Origin: Candidatus Helarchaeota archaeon
GTDB lineage: Archaea; Asgardarchaeota; Lokiarchaeia; Helarchaeales; RDOG01
DNA: 64,000 nt
NCBI GenBank assembly: GCA_019058315.1
Contig: JAHPZH010000001.1
Location: forward strand, 128,001-192,000
Reading direction: 5' to 3'
The number at the start of each line of letters is the position of its first letter. The first letter of the stretch is position 1. Positions 18,513 to 27,903 of the stretch are shown one piece after another. Made by a program: the position numbers and the translations under genes. A model generated the notes under the pieces. The model did no database searches. It had not been told where the DNA came from and saw only the letters and a list, made by a program, of their open reading frames with translations.

Positions 18513-20264
18513 CTATTCTTTTGCCGCTTGTATTTTTTGTAACTCTTTTTGTAACAATGATCTTCTCATAGTTTTACCAACAGGTGTTTTAGGTATCATG
18601 CCTATGAATTCAACCTGTCTAGGGTATTTATAGGCAGCCATATTTTCTTTAGCCCAATCAATAATTTCCTGTTCGGTAATCTTGTCAACATATTCCGGTT
18701 TTATTTTAATAAATGCTTTAATAGTTTCGCCAGACAATTCATCAGGTATTCCTATAACTCCACAATCCATAACTGCAGGATGCTCGAATAACCCATCTTC
18801 AACTTCTGCGGGTAACACTCGATATCCTTTATATTTGATTTGCTCTTTTGTTCTACCAACAATGAAGAAAAATCCATTTTCATCCATATATGCCACGTCT
18901 CCTGTTCGTAGCCAGAGATTACCCTTCTCGTCTTCTATTAATGTGTTCTTAGTTGCTTCTGGATTTCTCCAGTATCCTTTCATTACTTGAGGTCCTCGAA
19001 GTAGCAGTTCTCCCTGTTGTCCTGGTTCTAATTCGGTAATATAATCGGGTGGTTCTACAATTTTTGCATCGGTGTCAACAACGGGGAAACCAATGCTTTT
19101 GGGGTTTATTTCTTCCCAAGACTGTGCCCAATGGCATAAGCAATTTACTTCAGTTAGTCCATAACCATTAGTAACTTTCAATCCCGTACGATCCCCCCAA
19201 ACTTTTGCAACTTTATACGGTAAGGGTGCTGAACCAGAACCACAAGTTTCTAATGCGGAAAGATCTCGCGTTTTAAAATCCGGATGATTTATTAGGAAAT
19301 TATATGCGGTTGGAACTGTAGTAAATCCTGTTATTTTATAGCGTTCTAGCAATTCTAGAGTGAGACCTGGGTCAAACGAGGACAGGATGATCAAGGATCC
19401 CGCACTCGCAACACTAACGTTTAGGATAAAGAATCCCATAGCATGACATAAAGGGTTTGTGGTTATGGTTCTAGTAGCTCCAATTGTTTTAAAAGCTTCT
19501 TCATAGGAACCTTTCCAGGTACCTGCTGTTGAAGTACCAAAAAACTGGAAAGCGTTGGAAATAAGATTCGAATGGGTTATCATCACGCCTTTAGGTAGTC
19601 CTGTAGTTCCGCCTGTGAATAAGAGACCTGCTAAATCTTCCTTAACATCGATTTTTACATTTGGTTCTTTCGGTGGATATTTTTTTAATAATTTTGTAAT
19701 CGTTAAGTCATCTTCCTTATCAGATGATACTTTTACTATATTCTCAACCCCTGCTTCTTTACAAGATCGTTTAACCATTCCAAAGAATTGTCTATCCGTA
19801 ATAAAAACTTTAACTATACCTGCACTATCTACGATATGTTTAATTTCTTTCTTTTTCAATAAATAATTAACAGGTATTAAAATACCGCCTGACATTCCTA
19901 CTGAGAAGGTAGCAAAGGCAAATTCGGGGCAGTTTGGTGTCATTATCGCTACACCATCACCTTTCTTAAGATTGAACTCAGAGATTAGGGCGTTACTTAA
20001 TACATTGGAATAATATTCTGTCTCATAGAATGTATATTTCGAGTCATTTAACTGGGGGAAATGCATGCAAACATTATTTGGAAAATCATTTGCTGATTTT
20101 TTTAAAAAATCAGGAAATCCGTTAAGTTTAGGATATTTAACCGTCTTAGCTACTTCTGGTGGTCTCTTTCTTAACCAAACTCTGTCTGGCCTTACCCATG
20201 GGCTCTCGTTTTCAGTATCTATTAGATCTAACCATTCAAAAAACATACTTTCATCTTCACTCAT
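18513..20264 (-). CDS. Long-chain fatty acid--CoA ligase (AMP-binding family)
   Basis: FTGGTTGLPKG, GYGLTE, RTGD, GRTKEQIK, PKTPVGK. Confidence 0.92.
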   Translation of the reverse strand: MSEDESMFFEWLDLIDTENESPWVRPDRVWLRKRPPEVAKTVKYPKLNGFPDFLKKSANDFPNNVCMHFPQLNDSKYTFYETEYYSNVLSNALISEFNLKKGDGVAIMTPNCPEFAFATFSVGMSGGILIPVNYLLKKKEIKHIVDSAGIVKVFITDRQFFGMVKRSCKEAGVENIVKVSSDKEDDLTITKLLKKYPPKEPNVKIDVKEDLAGLLFTGGTTGLPKGVMITHSNLISNAFQFFGTSTAGTWKGSYEEAFKTIGATRTITTNPLCHAMGFFILNVSVASAGSLIILSSFDPGLTLELLERYKITGFTTVPTAYNFLINHPDFKTRDLSALETCGSGSAPLPYKVAKVWGDRTGLKVTNGYGLTEVNCLCHWAQSWEEINPKSIGFPVVDTDAKIVEPPDYITELEPGQQGELLLRGPQVMKGYWRNPEATKNTLIEDEKGNLWLRTGDVAYMDENGFFFIVGRTKEQIKYKGYRVLPAEVEDGLFEHPAVMDCGVIGIPDELSGETIKAFIKIKPEYVDKITEQEIIDWAKENMAAYKYPRQVEFIGMIPKTPVGKTMRRSLLQKELQKIQAAKE

Positions 20265-20385
20265 TTTGATTCACCTTCAATTTTAAGATTGAATTAATTG
20301 AATTATTTTTTTGTCTTTATCCCTAATTATTTTAAATTAATTGATTATTTTTTTGTATATTAAGAATATCTATATTTTAATAGAT
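20265..20385 (-). promoter_or_regulatory. Conserved 5' leader/promoter of acyl-CoA ligase copy 1
   Basis: Shares GAAGGTGAA (RBS), GGGATAAAGAC (20313-20323) and TACAAAAAA blocks with 22171-22290. Confidence 0.5.
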
Positions 20386-20424
20386 AAAAAATGTTAATAT
20401 TGTCAATCTGACAATTTTTAGATT

Positions 20425-22170
20425 TTATCCTTTAGCTGCTTTTATGTTCTGAAGTTCTTTTTCTAATAATGCTCTTCTCATTGTCTTTCCAACAGGAGTT
20501 TTAGGTATCATGCCAACAAATTCAACCATTCGAGGATATTTATAACCAGCTAAATTCTCTTTAGCCCAATCAATGATTTCCTGCTCAGTAATTTTCCCAA
20601 CATATTCAGGTTTCAATTTGATAAATGCTTTAATTGTTTCACCAGCTATTTCATCAGGCACCCCGATAACACCACAATCAAGGACTGCAGGATGCTCAAA
20701 TAATGAATCTTCAACTTCTGCAGGTAATATCCGATATCCTTTATATTTAATTTGCTCCTTAGTTCTTCCCACAATGAAGAAAAATCCATTTTTATCCATT
20801 ATAGCAACATCTCCCGTTCTTAACCAAATATTACCGTTTTCATCTTCGACCAATGTTCTTTGAGTCGCTTCTGGATTTTTCCAGTATCCTTTCATTACTT
20901 GGGGACCCCGAATAAGCAATTCTCCACGTTCTCCTGGTTTTAATTCGGTAATGTAGTCGGGTGGATCGACTATTTTTGCATCGGTATCAATAATTGGGAA
21001 GCCAATACTTTGAGGATTTATTTCTTCCCAAAAGCCTGTTCCAAGGCACATGCAAGTCACTTCAGTTAAACCATAGGCATTAGATACTTTTAATCCTGTA
21101 CGTTCTCCCCAAATTTTTGCAAGTTTATAAGGTAAAGGAGCTGAACCAGAACCACTAGCTTCTAATGAGGAAAGGTCTCGAGTTTTAAAATCTGGATGAT
21201 TAATTATAATATTATACGCTGTTGGGACTGAAGAAAATGATTTTATTCGGTATTTCTCCACCATCTTTAGAACTCCACCTGCATCAAAAGATGAAAATAA
21301 AATTAAAGAAACTGCCCCTGCAACACATAGATTCAAGATATAAAATCCCATTGCATGACATAACGGATTAACTGTTACAGTTCTTCCTGTTCCCATCTCT
21401 TTGAAGCCATCTTCATACCCTTTCCAGGAGGAACCAAAACCAGTAGAAAAAGCTTGGAAGCAATTAGATATAAGATTCGAATGAGTCAACATTACACCTT
21501 TTGGTAGACCTGTAGTTCCACCTGTGAATAAAAGTCCCGCCAAATCCTCATACACATTTATTTTTACATTTGGTTCTTTTGGAGGATATTTTTCCAATAA
21601 TTTTTGAACGGTTAAGTCATCAGGGTTATCAGAGGATATTTTTATTATATTTTCAATACCAATTTCTTTAGAAGCTCGTTTTACAATTCCAACAAATTGT
21701 CTATCTGTTATGAAAACTTTAACTATTCCTGCCGAATCAACAATGTGTTTAACTTCTTTCTTTTTTAATAAATAATTGACGGGTATTAAAGTAGCACCCG
21801 TCTGCCCAGTAGCGTACGTTGCAAAGACAAATTCAGGGCAATTTGGGGTCATAACAGCAATTCCATCACCCCTTTTCACGCCAAACTCGGAAATTAGGGC
21901 GTTGCTTAATATATCGGCATTATATTTAGTTTCATAAAATGTATATTTTAAATTTGTCTGGGTAAAATGCATACATACATTATTAGGAAAATATTGAACT
22001 GTTCTTTTCAAAAAGTCTGGGAATCCGTTAAGTTTGGGATATTTTACGGTCTTAGCTGCTTCGAGAGGTCTATTTTTTAACCAAGGGCGGTCTGGTCTGA
22101 CCCATGGACTATCATTTTCCATATCTAATACATCTAGAAAGTTAAAATCATAATTCTCCTTTTCGTTCAT
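20425..22170 (-). CDS. Long-chain fatty acid--CoA ligase (tandem paralog)
   Basis: FTGGTTGLPKG, AYGLTE, RTGD, PKTPVGK; clearly homologous to 18513-20264 along its whole length. Confidence 0.92.
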   Translation of the reverse strand: MNEKENYDFNFLDVLDMENDSPWVRPDRPWLKNRPLEAAKTVKYPKLNGFPDFLKRTVQYFPNNVCMHFTQTNLKYTFYETKYNADILSNALISEFGVKRGDGIAVMTPNCPEFVFATYATGQTGATLIPVNYLLKKKEVKHIVDSAGIVKVFITDRQFVGIVKRASKEIGIENIIKISSDNPDDLTVQKLLEKYPPKEPNVKINVYEDLAGLLFTGGTTGLPKGVMLTHSNLISNCFQAFSTGFGSSWKGYEDGFKEMGTGRTVTVNPLCHAMGFYILNLCVAGAVSLILFSSFDAGGVLKMVEKYRIKSFSSVPTAYNIIINHPDFKTRDLSSLEASGSGSAPLPYKLAKIWGERTGLKVSNAYGLTEVTCMCLGTGFWEEINPQSIGFPIIDTDAKIVDPPDYITELKPGERGELLIRGPQVMKGYWKNPEATQRTLVEDENGNIWLRTGDVAIMDKNGFFFIVGRTKEQIKYKGYRILPAEVEDSLFEHPAVLDCGVIGVPDEIAGETIKAFIKLKPEYVGKITEQEIIDWAKENLAGYKYPRMVEFVGMIPKTPVGKTMRRALLEKELQNIKAAKG

Positions 22171-22290
22171 TATAATTCACCTTCCATTCTAATATTCATT
22201 TAATTGTATTTTTCAGTCTTTATCCCCTATTTATTTTAATTGATAGTTTATTTTTTGTACATTTATAAATTTAATATTTTAAGTTTATAT
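22171..22290 (-). promoter_or_regulatory. Conserved 5' leader/promoter of acyl-CoA ligase copy 2
   Basis: GGGATAAAGAC at 22216-22226 and GAAGGTGAA RBS, in the same order and similar spacing as upstream of copy 1. Confidence 0.5.
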
Positions 22291-22329
22291 AACCTATTAA
22301 GTATTAGCAGTTAATAATGGAGTTTTTTT

Positions 22330-22917
22330 ATGAAAAAACCTTTGTTCTGCTTAAAATGCGGAGAAAAAATAGCTGAAGATGCTAAAATATGTGATAAATG
22401 CAAGAGTGATGCTTCAAAAAGTCCAAATCCTCTAAAAATTGAGATAAATGATATCAGTCAGAAATCTTGTTTTAATTGTAAATCAAAAAATTTAGCTCCT
22501 CTAATGTTTATTTACCACAATGGTATACCTCCAGGACGAGAAGGGCATAATGTCGTCTACGGTCATTTTTTAATCGTTGAGTGTTTAGATTGTAGGACAG
22601 GTTTTATAGAAAAAATGGACCACGATTGTTGGTCTTACGACGAAATTTGGGATTTAAATGAATGGTATGTATTAAATGAATATAATATGGGGATACTAAA
22701 AAATATATTAGAAAATTGCCCGCAGCCTCTCTCTTCATTATGCACTTGTACTCTTCACAAAACATTTAGGTCAGAAATATATTCATTACCAACCGAGCCA
22801 TGGGAAAGTGTTTCTAAAGATTTTAAACACGTCCCAAAATTTGATAAAAAACATGTACATGAAATATCATTGAAAATAGAAGGTACCAAACCAAATTTAG
22901 AAATTATATTAAAATAA
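22330..22917 (+). CDS. Zinc-ribbon-containing hypothetical protein
   Basis: CLKCG..CDKC N-terminal zinc ribbon, further CFNC, CLDC, CP..CTCTLH. Confidence 0.7.
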   Translation: MKKPLFCLKCGEKIAEDAKICDKCKSDASKSPNPLKIEINDISQKSCFNCKSKNLAPLMFIYHNGIPPGREGHNVVYGHFLIVECLDCRTGFIEKMDHDCWSYDEIWDLNEWYVLNEYNMGILKNILENCPQPLSSLCTCTLHKTFRSEIYSLPTEPWESVSKDFKHVPKFDKKHVHEISLKIEGTKPNLEIILK

Positions 22918-22936
22918 AGTTAAAAAACATAGTTAA

Positions 22937-23839
22937 TCATTGAGATTTCTTTGATTTTAAATCCTTCAATATGAGTTTAATTTGATCAAACGCATCCATA
23001 ATTCCATCAAATCGAGTTTGTAAACCTCTTTTCCACGAAGGTCCTGTTTCTGTATAGATATAAAATATATTTTTACGAATTGCCTCAAACACAACATCAC
23101 CAACTTGATCAGCTGAAGTTCCGTAATCCCATAATTTTGGAAGTTCTTCAGCCAATTTTTCAAGTTCGGGATAATTTTTTTTAACTCTATCTATGCACGG
23201 TTCATAATCAGAATCACAAAATTCTTCTGGACGATTTCTTTCGCTATTAGCAATTTTAGTGTTCACTATTCCTGGACAAAGAACTGAAACATTAATTTTC
23301 TTTCTCAATAGCGTCAAACATGATCTTAAACTCTCAGAAAGACCTATTACTGCATGCTTAGAGACAGTATAGATTCCATTCCAAGCTTCTCCAAGTAGTA
23401 ACCCCGCCATAGATGATGTATTAACAATATGACATTCATTATCTTGCTCAATCATTATAGGAATAAAAACTCGGATCCCATGAATAATACCCCATAAGTT
23501 TACTCCTAAAGCCCAATTCCAATCAGATAAATTTAACTCCCAAAGAATTCCTGGAGCGGCAACCCCAGCATTATTACATAATATATGGACTTCTCCAAAC
23601 GCATCAATCGTTTTTTTGGCTAATATTTCAATATTTTCGGCTTTTGAAACATCTGTCAATACAGATATTACCTCTATCCCAGATGATTTTAATTCTTGTT
23701 CGGCTTGATTTAGAGAATCTTTTTCAATATCACACAATACTACTTTCATACCCTCTTTCGCAGCTCTTCTGGCTATACCAAGACCGATTCCGCTTGCCGC
23801 ACCAGTTACAACTGCTACTTTATCTTTAAATTCTTTCAT
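22937..23839 (-). CDS. Short-chain dehydrogenase/reductase (SDR)
   Basis: TGAASGIG, NNAGV, NTSS, YTVSKHA. Confidence 0.93.
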   Translation of the reverse strand: MKEFKDKVAVVTGAASGIGLGIARRAAKEGMKVVLCDIEKDSLNQAEQELKSSGIEVISVLTDVSKAENIEILAKKTIDAFGEVHILCNNAGVAAPGILWELNLSDWNWALGVNLWGIIHGIRVFIPIMIEQDNECHIVNTSSMAGLLLGEAWNGIYTVSKHAVIGLSESLRSCLTLLRKKINVSVLCPGIVNTKIANSERNRPEEFCDSDYEPCIDRVKKNYPELEKLAEELPKLWDYGTSADQVGDVVFEAIRKNIFYIYTETGPSWKRGLQTRFDGIMDAFDQIKLILKDLKSKKSQ

Positions 23840-23942
23840 AATTTTTAAGCTCTTTTTTTTTTAATAATATTAATAAAATAACATAGAATTACTAATCTTA
23901 AAAATTAAAAATTATAATAATAAATAACGATACTTTATCTAA

Positions 23943-25637
23943 TCAGACTGTTGTCCAACGTGGTTGTGGTTTTAAATTCCATGCTTGAGTTGCATACTCA
24001 CTTACCATTCTGTGAGTGTTGAAATAAGGTATTAATCGAATTGCCTGTTTCATTCTTTCAATCCAATCATTTTGCTTATTATAATATGTTGGAATAATCT
24101 CATCTTCTAATGTTTCATAAATATCATTTGCGTCTGCCTCATCATTATTAATTTCTGCATTTGGCTCGTTTGGTTTTGGTCCAATTTTCCAGCCTGCCAT
24201 GCCACCGCTTATTGCGTAGCCTTCTATAAACCAACCATCTAGTACAGAAAAATTTAAAACACCATTATGTGCTGCTTTCATTCCACTCGTTCCCGATGCC
24301 TCCATGTATCTCATGGGATTATTTAACCATACATCTACACCAGCAGTCATTAATGCGCCTAAGTCCATATCATAATTTCCTAGAAAAGCAAGACCAACCC
24401 TATAATTATCCCATAAATATTGTGAAGCCCAGAAGATATGCTTTATTATATTTTTTCCATCTTGATCCCTTGGATGAGTCTTCCCACACCATATAAACTG
24501 TGCTCTACCTTTTGCTATTTTTCCCAATCTATCAATATCGTTCAGAATCAAAGTGGCTCTTTTATATTTTGTCACTCTTCTTGCGAATCCAATTGTTAAT
24601 AATTTTTGATCTGAAAGTACCCAACTATGTGATTTTTCATAATCTAATAGCTTTGATTTTATTTTTTGATGGATTCGCCAAATTTCATTTGAATCTAAAA
24701 GATAGGCTCTATCAAAAACTGAAGGATCATGTTTCCAATTTGGAAGGGCTTCTCTGTAATAATCTGCAAATTCAGGGTGTATCCACCTTACTGTATGAAC
24801 GCCGTTAGTAATTCCGTGTATTTTATAATTTGGGTACATTTTCTGTGCTACTTCACTGTGTTTTTTAGAAACACCGTTGATATATCTTGAGAAATATAAA
24901 GCTAAATGAGTCATGTTTAATTGGTCTTTTCCTGCATATTTCTTAATCTCTTCTGGTATAAGTGAATTTCTAAAAACATCATAAACTAATCCATAATCAA
25001 ACCTATCATGTCCTGCGGGGACTGGTGTATGAGTAGTAAAAACGGTTCTTTTTCTGACTTCATCGACATCTTTCAAATCTCTTAATAATTCTAAAGTAAG
25101 AAATGCCGCATGCCCCTCATTACTATGAAAAGTATGAATATCATTATATTTCATAGCTTTTAGAATTTTAACACCACCAATACCTAATATGATTTCTTGA
25201 CAAATTCGTTGAAATGGTGTTGCATCGTATAAAACTCTCGTGAAATTTTTTTGCCATTCCTCATTTCCTTCAATATCAGTGTTCAAAAGATAAACTGGAA
25301 CTCTGTGTCCTGTATGTCCAATAATTTCATAAACCCAAGCATCAACTAAGACATCTTTTCCTTGAATATTGACCTTAACTGTTACAGGGGCTTTATCAAG
25401 AACAGATCCAAAGTCCCATCTAACATCTCGCTCAATTTGGGTCCCATCATGGCCAAGCATTTGATAGAAATATCCAGAGTTGTAAGCAAGCGTCACAGCT
25501 ATAATAGGTATCTCCAAATCTGCACAAGATTTTAAAGTATCTCCCGCAAGTACTCCTAAACCACCAGAATAGGTAGGAATATCCGCATTAAGTCCAATTT
25601 CCATGCTGAAATAAGCAATTTTAGGAACGATTTTCAT
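23943..25637 (-). CDS. glgP: Alpha-glucan (glycogen/maltodextrin) phosphorylase
   Basis: AYFSMEIGL, YSGGLGVLAGD, NEGHAAF, FTTHTPVPAGHD, GFARR, EASGTSGMKA (PLP lysine). Confidence 0.95.
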   Translation of the reverse strand: MKIVPKIAYFSMEIGLNADIPTYSGGLGVLAGDTLKSCADLEIPIIAVTLAYNSGYFYQMLGHDGTQIERDVRWDFGSVLDKAPVTVKVNIQGKDVLVDAWVYEIIGHTGHRVPVYLLNTDIEGNEEWQKNFTRVLYDATPFQRICQEIILGIGGVKILKAMKYNDIHTFHSNEGHAAFLTLELLRDLKDVDEVRKRTVFTTHTPVPAGHDRFDYGLVYDVFRNSLIPEEIKKYAGKDQLNMTHLALYFSRYINGVSKKHSEVAQKMYPNYKIHGITNGVHTVRWIHPEFADYYREALPNWKHDPSVFDRAYLLDSNEIWRIHQKIKSKLLDYEKSHSWVLSDQKLLTIGFARRVTKYKRATLILNDIDRLGKIAKGRAQFIWCGKTHPRDQDGKNIIKHIFWASQYLWDNYRVGLAFLGNYDMDLGALMTAGVDVWLNNPMRYMEASGTSGMKAAHNGVLNFSVLDGWFIEGYAISGGMAGWKIGPKPNEPNAEINNDEADANDIYETLEDEIIPTYYNKQNDWIERMKQAIRLIPYFNTHRMVSEYATQAWNLKPQPRWTTV

Positions 25638-25768
25638 ATTTTCATCTCAAGTTCACTTTTTAAATATCAAATTAAGTAATCTTCAATAGAATTTAAATTT
25701 AGCATAATATCATAAAATGTAAAATTAAACTTTTTCAATAATCAAAGATTTATATCTTCAAAAAATTT

Positions 25769-27901
25769 GTGATTGATATGAAAGAAAAAATCAATTTTGC
25801 ACTAGTTTTTCATTTTCATCAGCCAATAGGTAATTTTGATCATGTAATTGAGCATGCTTATCAAAAATCATATTTACCATTAATTAAAATGATTAAGAAA
25901 TTTCCAAAAATTAAAGTTAGTCTTCATTATACTGGCTATTTACTAGAATGGCTAGAAAAAAATCATCCAGAATATGATGATATATTAAAAGAGATGTCAA
26001 ATGAAGGGCAGATTGAAATAATTGGTGGAGCTTTTTACGAACCAATTATACCAATAATTCCTGATAGAGATAAGAAAGCTCAAATTGAATTATTAAGAGA
26101 TTATATCAAAAAACATTTTAATTTAGATATAAAGGGATTTTGGTTAGCAGAAAGGGCTTGGGAACCCCATTTGCCTAAAATCTTGAGTGAATGTGGCATT
26201 GAATATATATTAATTGATGATTTTCATCTAAGAGCGAATGGTCTTTATGAAGAAGAAACATTTTTTCCTTATATTACCGAGGAACAAGGTTACATAGTAA
26301 AAGTAATACCAATAAACGAACCTTTAAGATATATGGTTCCATGGAAACAACCTTGGGAACCAGTAGAATATTTAGAAAAAAATAAAAATACAGAAGGAAG
26401 TAGATTAATTACTCTCATTTCAGATGCAGAAAAGATGGGTGTTTGGCCTGCAGGTGATATGACGACTTATGATATATGTTATGTAAAAGGATATGATGGA
26501 ACACCTTGGCTTGAATCTTGGTTTCGACGGCTCACAGAAGGTATGGACAGTTGGCTTAATATGCTTCATATAAGCGAATATTTGAAAAATTATAAGCCCA
26601 AGGGTCTAATTTATATGCCTACAGCATCATATGATAAAATGTCATATTGGGTTCTGCCTACTCGTGCAAGAAGGAGCTTGGAAAACCTCATTCAAAAAGC
26701 AAAATGGAAACAATTCGGAGAACCCTTTTCAGATGAACTTCTACAATTTTTAAAGGGAGGATATTGGAGAGGATTCCTCGTAAAATACCCCGAATCTAAT
26801 TTAATGCATAAAAAAATGTTATATGTAAGACAAAAACTTATAAATTATGAAGAAGAGTTTGGAAAAAGTGAGAATTTAAAAGAAATTTGGATTGACATCT
26901 ATAAAAGCCAATGCAATGATCCTTATTGGCATGGTCAATTTGGAGGAGTATACTTTTCATTTATGCGCGAAACAATTTATTCATGCCTGATAAATGCAGA
27001 AAGAAAAATTGATAAATTATTAAAGCAAAGAAACCAGCCAACTAACAATTTATATGAAAAAGATTTAACTTTTGATGGCAGATCTGAAATTTTGATGGAA
27101 AATGAGTTTTTAAATGTATATATTCAACCTCATTACGGAGCCAGCATATTAGAAATTGATATCAAAAACGCAACCCATAATATTTTAAATGTATTTACTA
27201 GAAAAGAGGAAGCATATCATGATCCTAAAGAGAAATTTCCAATTGATCGATGGAGAAAACAAGCTTTTATTGACCATTTTATTCAAAATGCTTTTATTAT
27301 GAACCAATTACAGATTCCAATCGATAAACTAGAGGAAAATTCATTAGAGAAAAAAGTCTATTTTGATGAATTCGAAGAAAGGGGTAATTTTGCAGGAACT
27401 ACTTATGAATATGAAATCACCTCTAAAGAAGAAAATCAAATAGCAAATTTAACTAAGAAGGGTAAGATTAAAGGGAATAATGTTCAAATCGATAAAGTAA
27501 TCGTTTTAAAAAATAAAACAATCGAAATTAAATATAAAATTATTAACAATTCAAAGGAAAAATTGGACACTCATCATTATGTTGAATTTCCAGTATATAT
27601 TGATTCTGATATTTCACAAAATATAATATTAGCAAATAATAACGAAATAAATGTTAAAAATATTTCTAATTGGAAAGGTAGTCAATTACACATCAAGAAT
27701 TCAAAGAAAAATTTGTTTCTGACAATTTCTACGCAAAAATTTTGCAATTTTTTAATTTATCCATTAATGACCTATGTAACTACTGATGGAGGATATGATA
27801 CCTTATTTCAAGGAGCGGTAATTGGCTTACAGAGTAAAATAGAATTAAAACCAAGTGAGGTTTATAATAACTCAATCATTATTGATTTTAAGGACGAATA
27901 A
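25769..27901 (+). CDS. GH57 alpha-amylase/4-alpha-glucanotransferase
   Basis: HFHQP, WLAERAWEP (nucleophile E), SDAEKMG (acid/base D), QCNDPYWHGQFGG, C-terminal beta domain; ATG alternative at 25778. Confidence 0.9.
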   Translation: MIDMKEKINFALVFHFHQPIGNFDHVIEHAYQKSYLPLIKMIKKFPKIKVSLHYTGYLLEWLEKNHPEYDDILKEMSNEGQIEIIGGAFYEPIIPIIPDRDKKAQIELLRDYIKKHFNLDIKGFWLAERAWEPHLPKILSECGIEYILIDDFHLRANGLYEEETFFPYITEEQGYIVKVIPINEPLRYMVPWKQPWEPVEYLEKNKNTEGSRLITLISDAEKMGVWPAGDMTTYDICYVKGYDGTPWLESWFRRLTEGMDSWLNMLHISEYLKNYKPKGLIYMPTASYDKMSYWVLPTRARRSLENLIQKAKWKQFGEPFSDELLQFLKGGYWRGFLVKYPESNLMHKKMLYVRQKLINYEEEFGKSENLKEIWIDIYKSQCNDPYWHGQFGGVYFSFMRETIYSCLINAERKIDKLLKQRNQPTNNLYEKDLTFDGRSEILMENEFLNVYIQPHYGASILEIDIKNATHNILNVFTRKEEAYHDPKEKFPIDRWRKQAFIDHFIQNAFIMNQLQIPIDKLEENSLEKKVYFDEFEERGNFAGTTYEYEITSKEENQIANLTKKGKIKGNNVQIDKVIVLKNKTIEIKYKIINNSKEKLDTHHYVEFPVYIDSDISQNIILANNNEINVKNISNWKGSQLHIKNSKKNLFLTISTQKFCNFLIYPLMTYVTTDGGYDTLFQGAVIGLQSKIELKPSEVYNNSIIIDFKDE

Positions 27902-27903
27902 AA

